A stretch of DNA of 64,000 nucleotides from Chiloscyllium plagiosum (GCF_004010195.1 NC_057735.1:11080065-11144064); one strand, 5' to 3'; positions 12,961 to 25,450 are shown, numbered from the stretch's first letter. Made by a program: numbers and translations. Notes: generated by a model from the sequence alone, not told the origin.

Positions 12961-15129
12961 TTTTAAGCTACAACATCAAGTACATTTGAAGTTCCTCTCC
13001 AATTCATTCATCATCATGCAAACTTTTAAAATAATTTGAACCCGCTCAAAATCTTGAGTCCAATCTGGACTACAGCAGGATTTGGAATGGGAGGGGAAGA
13101 TGGTTCAAAGAGTTAAAGACATAGAAAGGAAGAGATTTGAAGTTTAACAAAGGATGTTTCAGAAATCTGGAGATTGATCAATGAGTTGGATCTCAAGGGG
13201 AGTAAACACAGGACTATTCACAAAATCACATGGGGATCAGTAAGAACGAAAGATAAAAGAAGTAATTCTCTGAATGGAGAGACTGTTTAGAAGAAAATTA
13301 TTGGGATTGCCAGCAATGGAGCTCTTTCTGGATAAGGACAGACTTTAGAAAATGGAAGGTGCCAGATAGAGCCAAGCTTCTCTGAGAGGGACAACATACA
13401 GAAAGTATTTTACTGGTGTTCCAAATCCCACATTCCCATTTCCCCCAGTATTCTTCAATTCTTGACTCACAAATATCTCTCCATCTTCATCAACTTCTGA
13501 GGCAGACAGTCCTCAAAAAAAAATTCTTCCCATCTCTGGATTAAAAAGGTGACCTTGAATTTTAAACCAGTGTCCCATCAGTGGACTCAACTAGGAGAGT
13601 AAACATAGTTTTCAAGATGTACTATCCCCAATGGCTTCCTTGATTGAAACATAACATCCTCACTTTTATATTCAGTTTCTCTCGTATTAAAGGACAGCAA
13701 TGTGTTAGCCTTCGTAATCACTTGTTGGTTCCTTCAGTCTAACTTCATGTGACTCATGCACTAGAACACTGAGATGGCTCTGCACCTTGGATTTCTGTTT
13801 TGGTCTAACTTCAAATACTATTCAGCTGTTCCCAGGAGTTTGAGTCAGCAACAGTGAAGGAACAGGGATACAGTTCCAAGGCATGGTATGTGGTCTTACC
13901 ATCAGTTTTGGAATTTGAACTTCACAATATTTCTGAGACATTAACTTCAGTTTTGGAGTTCAGAATTTTAAAATAGTTATCCATTCTTGTTGGATAAGTC
14001 AGTGAAAAGCTTTCGTTGAAATAAAATGAAAGTAAGAATCCCTTTGTGGCACCGACTTTATTCCAGTATTGGTCAGAAAGCAAGTATTTCTATTCCCTTT
14101 GTTGTATATCATTTGAAAATTGTTTATACTGTGCTGCTGTATGGCAGGTTTATAATCATTGCTGAATATTAGCTTGCTTTCATTTCAGATTCGTGATGAA
14201 TTTATTTTAGTTTGCAAAACTCAGAGACTGAAATGTCTTTGGTCAGTTCTGCTGTATCATCGCTGGGTTGAGAAGGAATTATGTTTTCGAGCTTCGACTG
14301 TAGTTTTTCAGAGCAGTCACTGAATAATTTATCTCAGCAGAATGGTAGATTGTAAACATTTCAAACCAGGTGATATTGGTTAGATATTTGTAGGGTATGA
14401 GCAAGTAAACATTTAAAACTGTCAGTTTTGTGAGTATTCATGTAAGATATTCACAGAGATCAGAGGAACTAAACTAGAAATAATCATTCGAGAGAGATGA
14501 AAGGACATCATTATTAGATATAGAGAGGTAATTTTTCTGGACTTGAATTGCTGTAAATTGATAGTGTTGGAAAATAGTTGAAAAATTGTTTTGCTGTGTG
14601 TTGTAAGATTCTTTGAAACTGTGTATCTGGATAATTTATGTGCTTTTAAATTTCATATTTTGTGTAAGAAACTTTTGTTCTTCTGTGTCTGGATATGAAA
14701 TGCAATCGGACTGTGGTCCCTCCTGTTCAGAGATGCTGTGACTCCGAGGTCATTAATTAATCCTGTCACATGGCACAATAACAAATACCAGCCTTCTGCT
14801 CAGTTCATGAATGGATTGCTGAAGAAACCATCCGAAAAACATTCCACAAAAGCCTCATCAGACAGATTAAAATCACTCCCAGTTATTGCCATCTCTTAAT
14901 CACATGCACCCAGAAATTTCTTCTTGCATTCTCCTTACATAACAGCTGCTGTTCAGAGATTTGTAAATCACTCCCACAAATGACCTCTTTACCCAAATTA
15001 TTCTTCATCCAACCTGATTCTACTCATGATCTCTCAAACCAGGTTTATCTCTAACAATTACACCATAGTTAGGCTGAAGTCTGTCTATCACCTTAGATTT
15101 GAATTTAGAAGTACATTTTTGTTATGATG

Positions 15130-16052
15130 ACAGATTTGGAAAGATTGGGCTTGTTTCTGTGGTACAAAGGAGCTTGAGAGAGGATATGGTTGAGATATAT
15201 AAAATTATGGGGGAATAGTTAGGGAAGACAGGAGGAAATGTTTCCCTTTGATGGAGTGTGCATTGACTGGGAGCATATGTTTAAAATAAGGGGCACGAGG
15301 ATGTCATGGTTGTCAAGAGGTTCATCATGGTAGACTGGTTAGCAAGATTAGACCTCAGGGAACACAGGAAGAACTAACCATTTGGATACAGAATTGGCTT
15401 AATGGTAGATGACAGAGGGTGGTGGTGAAGGGTTACTTTTCAGACTGGAGGTCTGTGACCAGTGGAGTGCCCCAAGGATCTATGCTGGGTCCACTGCTTT
15501 TCATCATTTATATAAATGACTTGGATGTGAACGTAGTAGGTATAGTTAGTAAGTTTGCAGATAACAACAAAATTGGAGGTGGAGTGGACAGTGAAGGTTA
15601 CCTCAGGGTACAATTGGAACATGATCAGTTGGGTCAATGGGCTGAAGAATGTTTTCCTCAGTGTGTCAGAGGCTGAAGAGTGACCTTATTGAAGTTTATA
15701 AAATCATGAGAGGCATGCATACGGTAAATAGATGAGGTCTTTTCCCTGTGGCAGTGGAGTCCAGAACTACAGAGCACAGGTTTAGGCTGAGAAGGTCAAA
15801 ATTTAAAAGGAACCTAAGGGTCACAGAGAAGATGGTGCATGTATGGAATGAGCTGTCAGGGAAAGTGGTGGGCGCTGGTACAATTACAACATTTAAAAGG
15901 CTCCTGTCCAGGTATATGAATAGGAAGAGTTCACATGGATAAGGGCAAAGTGCTGGCAAGTGGGACTAGATTAGGCTAGGATATCTAGTCGTCATGGACA
16001 AGTTGGACTGAAGGATCTGTTTCTGTTCTGTACATCTCTGTGACTCTATGAC
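15130..16052 (+). mobile_element. CR1 LINE fragments with 3' tail
   Basis: SGVPQGSMLGPLLFIIYINDLD..KFADNNKIGG; tail tctctgtgactctatgactc. Confidence 0.88.
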
Positions 16053-16747
16053 TCCATATGGGCCTTGTGTGGGCAAGAGGAGTTGAGGGAGATTAGCCAC
16101 AATGTTGTTCAGTGATGGAGCAACCTCAAAGGGCCCAAGATGCAATTTCTTCAGTTCTGCCATGAAGAGTCTCCAGTACAAATTTCACTGAAGCCAAAGT
16201 CATAACATTAATTTGGAGTGGATGCACTTGTTTAGAGCTAAAGAATGGAAGGAAAATGATACCTTATTGGTGGAGCACTGTGTATAAAATGTGTGTGATT
16301 GAGGAGCAGTGACATTGAAAGAGCCTCAATATTTCAGCAGCAGAACAGAAACAATTACAAACTCAGGGCATGGTCCCTTAGAGGCTTCATTACCACTACA
16401 GCCTTCAGTTTCTATTGGATAACAAATTGCAAGCAAAAGTTCGCTTTTAACAGATTAAATATGTTACTCTTGCATTTGTTATATGTTACTCACACCTGTT
16501 GTAAAAAACGAAGTAGGAACCTATGTTTGATATTCAACAAGATTAATGTGCATTAGTATACATTGGAAATATTTTTGAGATTGAATAGTATACACAAAGT
16601 AGGTATAAGACTTCATCCAAATGTTTCTCTTGAGTATTCTGTACCTGTATATGTCTCTGAGTATTTAACCATCGCAGCTGAATAGGATATATACTAGACC
16701 TAAGTCAAGACTGACAATCTGACTCACCAGTTCTGGCTGTTACTCAC

Positions 16748-16783
16748 TGGGCATTGAATGATGAATAAAATCAGACTCCACAT
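16748..16783 (-). CDS. Leader-like exon MWSLILFIIQCP (36 nt, out of phase with the gene C V exon)
   Basis: ATG TGG AGT CTG ATT TTA TTC ATC ATT CAA TGC CCA|gtgagt; homologous to the 37-nt family leader but 1 nt short. Confidence 0.6.
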
Positions 16784-17082
16784 TTTCCTTGTTAGCTGCA
16801 GATATTTTTGCCACAGAAAGCACAGCTCGATATCTGCCAGTTTGCTTCCTTGTAGAGAATTGTTACCAGAAGGGTGTTGCAGATGTAGTTACTGACATCA
16901 TGCAATATGCTAATCATCCTGAGATGTCTTAGAAACAAAGCTGAAAATATAAGTGTCTAATGCTGCTGAAAAAATAAATGTGTCAAGAATTAACAACTTA
17001 AGACAGTGCCTACTAACATTGGGAACACAGGACAAATGTGAGTGCGCACTCACTCAAGAAGGTGCATGCACACATTTCCACA

Positions 17083-17463
17083 CCCTGCACAGTGTTGTGT
17101 CATGTACAGTTCCAGACCCTGCACGGTGTTGTGTCATGTACAGTTCCAGTCCCTGCACAGTGTTGTGTCATGTACAGATCCAGACCCCACGGTGTTGTGT
17201 CATGTACAGTTCCAGACGCTGCACGGTGTTGTGTCATGTACAGGTCCAGTCCCTGCACAGTGTTGTGTCATGTACAGTTCCAGTCCCTGCACAGTGTTGT
17301 GTCATGTACAGTTCCACACCCTGCACAGTGTTGTGTCATGTACAGTTCCAGTCCCTGCACAGTGTTGTGTCATGTACAGTTCCACACCCTGCACAGTGTT
17401 GTATCATGTACAGTTCCAGTCCCTGTGGGCTGTTGTGTCATGTACAGTTCCAGACCATGCACA
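17083..17463. repeat. 34-bp minisatellite, about 11 copies
   Basis: Unit ccctgcacagtgttgtgtcatgtacagttccag(a/t) at 17083, 17117, 17151, ... Confidence 0.95.
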
Positions 17464-17464
17464 A

Positions 17465-17820
17465 AGCGATTCTGACTTTCACTAATTAGTCCTTCCCTCT
17501 CCAAATGCCTGTACATCCTGTCTGTCTGAATCCCCTTTAACAACTTATCCACAAGAGATGTTCGGATTATCAATCTGAAGGTCCCAGGCATTTCCCTGTG
17601 GCCTTTCTTAAGTAATTGTACAAGATTAGCCACACTCCAACCTCTCGGCACTCCACCCACAGCTGTCGCTGACACAAATATCTGCGCTAGAGGCCCTACA
17701 ATTTCCTTCCAGGCCTCCCAAATGTGCTTTTGAAACACTTCATAAGATCCTGGGGATTTATCTACCTTAATGTGTTTTAAGATGTTAGGAACCTCCTCTT
17801 CTGTAATGTGTATTCTCTTT
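17465..17820 (-). mobile_element. CR1 LINE fragment
   Basis: EIVGPLAQIF..VPRGWSVANLVQLLKKG (ORF 17370-17738). Confidence 0.75.
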
Positions 17821-18514
17821 CAGACCGTTGAAAGAGCCATGTAATAATCGATTGGGAAATGTAATTATCTGAGCTTGACGAGAAGAATTAAATTATATAG
17901 GAAACAGGGAGGAATATCAGTTACTGAAGGGTGCTCAGGAAAGTTTGCAAACGAGTATTCTGAGCAATAGATTGTATATCACAACACAACGTATAACAGA
18001 TTAAAGTTTACTTATGGGACTAAGTTGGGTGTGAGTGCACACTGTGAGGAAAAAAACAAAGGATCTGCAAAAAGACTTGGACAGTTACAGTGAGTGAATA
18101 ACAAGTTAAGAGTTACGCTGGGAATTTTAATTTTGATCGTGTCAAAACAGCTTGATTATAAATGAAGGCGAGGTGTCAATATTGAACAATAATTTTGTTG
18201 CAGTGCTACATTGAAATGTTAAGTTTGATGGAAATGAAAGAGCATAAGCAACTTGGTTAAAGTTCAAGACTGAAAGGAAAATGGTTTCTTAAAGAAAGAG
18301 AAAACTACATCACTTGTCTACTTGTGCAACTGAGCATCACAAAACGATATTTCATCAATTGTCCTGCAAAAAAATCACAAATTCAAGATTTTGTCACTGT
18401 GTGACAAGATCTTCCTTTCTGCCTTTACATGTCTACAAATATTTAAGTGTCTCTCCTGTTTAAATCAGACAGTGGACTTCAACAAACATTGATTGTCGTC
18501 AGATAGTCACTCAC

Positions 18515-18551
18515 CGGGAATGGAACAAATGAGGAGAATCAAGGTCCACAT
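18515..18551 (-). CDS. Intact leader exon MWTLILLICSIP (phase 1), candidate first exon for gene C
   Basis: ATG TGG ACC TTG ATT CTC CTC ATT TGT TCC ATT CCC G|gtgagt; paralogous to 40178-40217 and 58067-58090. Confidence 0.8.
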
Positions 18552-18654
18552 GGTTTTATTCACAAAGATCAGCTCAGTTCTTGATGTCAGTCCCTCAGCT
18601 CTTGTTTCTCACATTGAAGTAAGTGTGTACTGCAATATCTTCAACAACTTAATT

Positions 18655-18692
18655 GAGGAAGTGGACATAGGAAACCAGCTTCTGAAACCACA
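18655..18692. promoter_or_regulatory. Putative Ets/PU.1 + RUNX promoter module
   Basis: GAGGAAGT (18655) and AACCACA (18686) 105-140 bp upstream of the ATG; GGAA..ACCACA retained at 40332-40355 and 58198-58220. Confidence 0.45.
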
Positions 18693-19328
18693 CTCAACCA
18701 GATGGTGAGAACTGACCCTGAAGGAGCAGTTTCAAGTCAGTTATATTTAAAAGAAGAACTAAATTAACTTTCACTAAGTGAACAGAGAATTCTGAAATCA
18801 AGTTGGTGAAGAGTTCGGATGCTGAGGACAATGGTGATCAAAGCTCATTATTTATCCTGCATTAGAATTAGAATTAGGTTGAATTGTCATGTGTGCTCAA
18901 GTACAAGGGTCCAGTGGAAAGTGTACGATGTTGCCATGCACGGTGCCATCTTAGGGACAAAGTATATAGTTACAAATCTTAGGGGCTAAAATAGATTAGT
19001 TCAAAACATTGAGAAAAAAAGAAAAATTCTAAAAGTTCTACATGACAGTTCTTCATTGTATATGTTAGGGAAATAAAGAGATAAAGTTAAAAGATAGACA
19101 TTACAGTCCTTCTATAGCCTGCAGTCTCTCCATGCTGGGGGATTTCCACACGTGGTCTCTCTCTCCCCTCATACTGAGCTGACCCCAATCAGGCAAGAAA
19201 ACCTCTGACCATCATCTGTGACACGTTCCCTGCTCCAGGTCCCCCACCCACCACCAACTCCACTCTACTCCAGGCCCCCCAACCACCACCAACTCCACTC
19301 TGCTCCAGGCCCCCCACCCACCGCCCAC

Positions 19329-19790
19329 TGTGTGTGTGAGGGGGGAGAGAGTGAGAGTGTGTGTGTGAGGTAGAGAGAGTGAGTGTATGTGTGTATGAGT
19401 AGAGAGAGCAAGCGTGTGAGGGAGAGAGAGTGAGAGAGTGTGTATGAGGGAGAGAGAGTGAGAGTGTGTGTGTGAGGTAGAGAGAGTGAGTGTATGTGTG
19501 TATGAGGTAGAGAGAGCAAGAAAGTGTGTGAGGGAGAGAGAGTGAGAGAGTGTGTGNNNNNNNNNNNNNNNNNNNNNNNNNNNNNNNNNNNNNNNNNNNN
19601 NNNNNNNNNNNNNNNNNNNNNNNNNNNNNNNNNNNNNNNNNNNNNNNNNNNNGAGTTTGTGTGTATGTGTGAGGGGGAGAGAGTGAGAGTGTGTGTGTGT
19701 GAGAGCGCGAGAGAGTGCGAGAGTTTGTGTGTGAGGGGGAGAAAATGAAAGAGTGTGTGTGTGGGTGAGAGAGAGAGAGTGTGTGAGTAG
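19329..19790. repeat. Compound (GA)n/(GT)n microsatellite spanning an assembly gap (N 19557-19651)
   Basis: Direct reading. Confidence 0.95.
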
Positions 19791-19845
19791 GTGTGCCTGA
19801 GAGAGGGATAGGGAAAGCAAGTGAGAGGAGGGTTCTTAGCGGAAG

Positions 19846-20260
19846 ATGAGGGAACCCTCCAACCACACGGCATCAATAACTACTTCACCAGTTTCCTTAG
19901 CTCTCCTCCCTCCACCTCATCCCACACCAAATCCTCCACGATGGCACCGCCCTCTTGAACTGCCCTACCTGTCCACTTTCCTTCCCACCAACCGCTCCAC
20001 CCTCCCCTCCGACCTATCACTGTCACTCCCCACCTGCATCTATCTATCACCTTCCCAGTTACCCTCCCTGAACCCAGCCACCCTCCTATTTATCTCTCAG
20101 TACGCTTCCCCCACCCATCCCTCAGACCTCATTCCTAATGAAGGGCTTTTGCCTGAAACATCAACTCTCCTGCTCCTCAGATGCTGCCTGACCTGCTGTG
20201 CTTTTCCAGCGTCATACTTTTTGACTCTGACCTCCAGCATCTGCGGTCCTCACTTTTTCC
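19846..20260 (+). mobile_element. PLE family-1 3' end (paralogous copy at ~44790-45210)
   Basis: caaccacacggcatcaat..ttcaccagtttcc, pyrimidine-rich UTR, degenerate hammerhead cctaatgaagggcttttgcctgaaacatc, tail tgctgcctgacctgctgtgcttttccagc. Confidence 0.65.
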
Positions 20261-20469
20261 TGGAGCTGAAAGAGCACTTGAAGCTTGAATGAGCACTTAA
20301 GGGTCTCAGTTGGTGGTGGGCTGGTGTTGTTGGAGCTTGGACCTTCTGATGAGATCCAAATTCAATCAAGGGTGGAGAAGTGACTGGGTTAGGTACCCCA
20401 CCATACGAGCTAATAAAGGTCATTTGCTAACTCCAGGCCTACCACCTCTGGGCAGAGAAGATTGTGCCC

Positions 20470-20626
20470 AGAGGTTTCAGAGCACTGCCCCATCGTCAGG
20501 TGACTTCACCTGAAGGACCAACGCTCAGAAAGCTTGTGATCTCAATAAACCTGATGCACTATAACCTGGAGTCATGTGACTTCTGACTTTGTCCACCCCA
20601 GTCCAACTCTGGCACCTCGACATCAT
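20470..20626. mobile_element. PLE family-2 short palindromic fragment (paralog ~45430-45585)
   Basis: tttcagagcactgccccatcgtcaggtga / tcacctgaaggaccaacgctcagaaagcttgtg...actataacctgg. Confidence 0.55.
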
Positions 20627-22219
20627 GGCCCATAGGTTTGGGAGTGGAGCCTCTTACCTCAGCTACGATTGTGATGGGGAGAGTGTAGAGTTAATAAAAT
20701 CCTACGGCTCCACAAGCAGAACCAAAGGTATCAATATTTCATATAGTCACTAAAATGGTTCAGTTATTTCTATTTATCACAGTTATTATAAACAAAAGAG
20801 ATGTTCCTTTCATTTCTTTGACATACTCCAAAAATAATTTGTTTATTAAAACAAACCTATTTTAATCAATTGGCAGAACAGTGAGCAACTAAACCACATC
20901 CTCTTAATCTCAAACACAGATTCACACACAGAGAGGGGAAGACCACACAGCTCTGCAAAGGGTTTGTGGGTGGGATAAATTCAGACAACAGGATAAGGCT
21001 GAGGATTTCTCTTCAAGTTTGTTCAGATATTTAGACCATAAACACAATCTCTTTTAAAAGCTTCAGGTTGCCTACTTCCCAAAATTATTTCCTTTTCCAG
21101 TACACAGCTAAAAAAATAGTTTGTCTTGACCTTTAACATTATTCTAGCAATCACATGTTAAATCCCTCTTCAACCCAATATCCAACCAGATTCATTTCCC
21201 AATTGTTATAATCCAGAAACACTGTGGAATACCAGCTTTAATGTTGCTGTGATGCCAAGTGTGTAGGCTGACTATATCAGACAACACTGCAGGCCAGCAG
21301 TGAGCCAATCATGTTAACGAGCCCATACTGTAATCCCAGGGTGACATATCCAACATTAGACATGATGCTGCTGTTGAACAATATTGAACAATCCCACCTG
21401 TGCACAGAAACACACCGGAAACCAGTTTCAGATTATCCACTGGGCTTGCAGTGTGATTCATTTGTGCAGGCTAGAAAATATATATATTACTACTGAGGGC
21501 CCTGTTCTTTCCAGGAAAATGAATATGGCCGTACATCTCACCTCTTTAATTGAGGAGAGAATCATGCACTTTGCTAATCATTGCAGCCTTAACTAGTCAG
21601 AGCCTACTTGGCTGGTCTGAGTTGAATCAGTTAAGCTTGCTGGTTAACAGTTCCTACTGCATCTCCATGTCAACCATTATCCAAACAATTTGCACTCCCT
21701 TCTCATGCTGTTTATATTGATATTCCCTTTTGAAGTTTAGTTTCTTGTGGCTTAGTCCTGGTGAAAGTGGAACAAACACTTTAACTTTTGCGTCACTTTT
21801 TAACAATGTGCAAGTTCTGTATCACACAATCATTAGGATTCCATAGTGCCATGCTAGCATGTCAAGTTTGAGTTTTGAACTTAGCTCTGGGAATAGGGCT
21901 TCAACCTGGAATCTGTGACTCAGAGGTTAGAGTGAGGGGAAACAGGGAGATGGGGACTGATTGGGTTGCCAAACACCTTGGTAGTTAGACTTCTGTTCTT
22001 GTTATTTTATGTAAGTGACCCAGACTTGGGAATAAAAGATAAATTGATTCCATCTGCTGAGGAAACCAAACTGGATAGAGCATGGAATTGTTGGGATCAA
22101 ATCCTAAGGAGTTGGACAATGTAAATGTGCGGGCAGCTTACAACAGACAAAATTCAATACAACTGCACTGCAAAGTAAGAAGGTAAAATGAACAGTACAA
22201 ATATCTCATCATGGTTTTC

Positions 22220-22531
22220 CTAAAAATCAATATCAGCATAAACGTCCCCTCCAGATTCCTGAGGGGTGCTGCGTATTGGGGCTTTTTTATTCCCCTTTGG
22301 TGGCTGGTTTGGAAAGTTGAGGTCACTGTAAATGACACTGTCTGAGTTGTCACCTGTGTGCATTGCCAGCCCACCTCTCAGTGATGATGATTTCTTTTGA
22401 AACGCCAACACTGCAGATATGATTTCATCATTAATCAAGTTGCTTCCTCTCTCTCTCTGTCTTTCTGCTGTGTTCCTTTGAATGTGGTTTATGTTTGCAT
22501 ATACCAAGTTCTCTTCCACTGATGCTAATCC
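22220..22531 (-). CDS. Terminal cytoplasmic exon with ITIMs (LVYANI, VIYSDL, DVYADI)
   Basis: ttttag|GGA TTA GCA TCA GTG GAA GAG AAC TTG GTA TAT...GAT TTT TAG; open. Confidence 0.85.
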   Translation of the reverse strand, partial: GLASVEENLVYANINHIQRNTAERQRERGSNLINDEIISAVLAFQKKSSSLRGGLAMHTGDNSDSVIYSDLNFPNQPPKGNKKAPIRSTPQESGGDVYADIDF

Positions 22532-23305
22532 CTAAAATTGAAAAAAAAAGTGCTTTTCTTTCACTTGAATGGTGATTGGTGTTATTACGATTGGTGTTAA
22601 TCAATACAGTATATTAGAAGATATTATGAATTATTATTGTGTGCAGTACTGGTCCCTTCCTATCGGAGGAAGTTGTGAAACTTAAAAGGGTTCAGAAAAG
22701 AGTGACAAGGATGTTGCCAGGGCTGGAGGATTTGTGCTATAGGGAGAGGCTGAATAGGCTGGGGCATGGATGGGTTGGACTGAAGGATCTGTTTCTGTGC
22801 TGTACATTTCTATGACTCTATTTCCAGTGGAGCATAAGTAATGCATCTCAGTCCTAAAGTAATTCTCTTCCAGCCTCCTCTATCCATTTTCATCCAATCT
22901 CATCAACATATCTTGCTATTCATTTCACTCTCATGTGCTTATCCAGCTGCCCCTCTGAGTGGGTTTACAGTATTTGCCTCAAGGACCCCTAATGGCAATA
23001 AGTTCCACTTTCTGACAATCTTTGGATAACAAGGTTTCTCCTGAATTGCCCACTTCTTCTTTCTTCGGGACGAGTTGAGTCAAGTTACATTGTGAAATTT
23101 AAGAGATAATTTGATCAGCATGTGAAGAAAGAAGGAGTTGGAAGCGGGAATTGGAAAGGTTAGATGAAGAGCTGTGGAAGATGTCTTGCGTGGGCATAAG
23201 AGCCAGATGTCGCAGATGGATCAAATAGCTGATTTCTGTGCTGTAAATCCTATGTTCTGCAAATTTCTAAACAATACACAGCAAGTTAATATTTATTATC
23301 TTTAC

Positions 23306-23358
23306 CTGGTCATCATTAAGAATCTTAGCTCTTTGATGACACATGATGCAGAAGGTAC
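23306..23358 (-). CDS. Short cytoplasmic exon TFCIMCHQRAKILNDDQ
   Basis: tttcag|GT ACC TTC...GAC CAG|gtaaag; phase 1 to 0; paralog 49476-49528. Confidence 0.7.
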
Positions 23359-23806
23359 CTGAAACAATACAATACAATTGTTTAAGCGAATTTAACAGGA
23401 TGTTTATAACCTTCAAACTGAACATGTAGTGCAGTGTACATAATCATGTACTGAGCTACATTCATCACTATTGCATCCACGATTCCCAACATGAGTCTGA
23501 GGGGTGGAACGGATCTTGGGAAAGTATAGTTTGGGGCATGTCAAGTAAGTATGGGGTTGGTGGAAATTACTCCAAAATGAGACTATGCATTTATTCGTCA
23601 AACTTTTACTGAATACAAATTTCACTGGAATTAATGAGAAATCTCTCAATTAAATGAATTGTTCCAGGTGTTGAGGAATTCCCGAGTGGAACATTCAATT
23701 TTCCAGGCAATCCCTTCAGTGTCTGCTAGGATGGAGATTCTGCAGAGTTCCCACGTACAGCTCCTGACTTTACTGGAATATCAGCTATCTAGCCATTGGA
23801 AGATCC

Positions 23807-23981
23807 TACCTGCTAATGTAGTCAACTCAGCCACATTAGGGAGATTTAAACAATCCTTAGATAAGCACATGGATGTTTTTGGGATAGTGTAGGGGGGCGA
23901 GCTGAGAATAGTTCACAGGTCAGTGTAACATCAAGGGCCGAAGGGCCTGTTCTGCGCTGCATTGTTCTATGTTCTATGTTC
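23807..23981 (+). mobile_element. CR1 LINE 3' tail inserted where gene A carries its TM-exon region
   Basis: ttagataagcacatggatg...gaagggcctgttctgcgctgcattgttctatgttctatgttc; homology to gene A breaks at agatcc (23806 vs ~50677). Confidence 0.75.
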
Positions 23982-24540
23982 CATAATACAACAACAGCAT
24001 GGCACTCCCTCAGTACTGCACGTGAAACTCAGCATTGATAATGTGCCCATGTTTCTGAAGAGGAAGTGAACTCACAATCTCTGACATAGAAGCTGAATGT
24101 ACCACCACTGATCCTTTTTAAGATGTGGTACATTTCACTCGGTAAAAATGGAATAAAAGAACACTGGATGGTCACTGAAAATTAGCAACAACAGGTTTGA
24201 TAATGAACATTAGATTCCGATGATCTTCATTTACACAAACTGAGACAACAGACATGCAGATATAACCGCAAATAAAATGTATAAACTTTCAATGCTTTTC
24301 GAATCACAGAGTATTATCTGTATAAAAATAAATGAATAACATGTGCTGGAGACCTGAATGAAAAACAGAAGTTGCTGGAAAGGTATAATCAGACAGTATC
24401 TGGGGGTTGTTTTGGGTGTGGACAAGAATTGTGAAGAATTCTGCACTGAGCTATTTCTGCCCAAATGTGGACTAAATCACACTGCGTTTCCAATATTCTC
24501 CATTTCTGACTGACACTTAAGTGGCATTTTCTCTTCATCA

Positions 24541-24943
24541 GTTGTTGAAACTTTATTGCTGGAACAGCACAGCAGGTCAGGCAGCATCCAGGGAACAGGA
24601 GATTCGACGTTTCGGGCACAGGCCCTTCTTCAGGAATGAGCAGAGAGTGTTCAGCAGGAGAAGATACAAGGTAGGGAGGAGGGACTTGGAGGAGGGGCGT
24701 TGGAAATGTGATAGGAAATGTGATAGGTTTTCCACCTATCACATTTCCAACGCCCCTCCTCCAAGTCCCTCCTCCCTACCTTTTATCTTCTCCTGCTGAA
24801 CACTCTCTGCTCATTCCTGAAGAAGGGCCTGTGCCCGAAACGTCGAATCTCCTGTTCCCTGGATGCTGCCTGACCTGCTGTGCTGTTCCAGCAATAAAGT
24901 TTCAACTTTGATCTCCAGCATCTGCAGACCTCACTTTCTCCTC
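24541..24943. mobile_element. Young PLE family-1 palindromic insertion with two intact hammerhead motifs
   Basis: ~170-bp near-perfect inverted arms (24544-24714 / 24735-24906); TSD cattttctcttcatca 24525-24540 and 24944-24959; empty site at ~51522-51537. Confidence 0.9.
24813..24848 (+). ncRNA. Minimal hammerhead ribozyme motif (family 1); mirror copy 24602-24637(-)
   Basis: attc CTGAAGA a GGGC ctgt GCCC GAAAC GTC gaat: stem I attc/gaat, stem II GGGC/GCCC, ACGT palindrome. Confidence 0.82.
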
Positions 24944-25450
24944 CATTTTCTCTTCATCACCATTGTAACTTCAAAGAATTATTTCCTCAGTGTTTATATC
25001 ACACTGACAGTTCCGGCAGCTTATTTCCGACAGCTCAGGCTGATGAACTCAGGCTAAAGCCTAACGCTGCAAGCTACCTGCCCCAGTGCAGAGGTATCAC
25101 TTCAAACCTTCCTTTTCACCAGCAGGAATGACACTTTCCTGAAATGTCACTCAAGGTCACAGCAGCAAGGTACGTTTGGCAAGCAGGGGACATCACACAT
25201 GATGTAGTTTAATGGTGAAGTAATGAAGCTGAGCAATGCCATCTGAGGGCCAACAAAATAGAAACAATTATTTTCCATTTGTGCTTTTCAAAAACAATTG
25301 AACCTTTAATATGGAACTAACACAGGAGCCCAATATAAACTCAGAACCATTTTCATTTCCAAAATAACAAAAGACATCCCCTTGTTTGGCTAAAACTGTT
25401 AAAAAACATTGTTAATCTCGCACACAGAAACAAAACAGAGGATATCATAC

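Noticed and set aside
16953-17489. Cys-rich ORFs in three frames (keratin-associated/metallothionein-like); repeat superficially CRISPR-like
   Set aside because: Translation of a 34-bp minisatellite; no unique spacers, no splice context
19189-19876. Long HTLS-rich ORFs
   Set aside because: Microsatellite plus N gap
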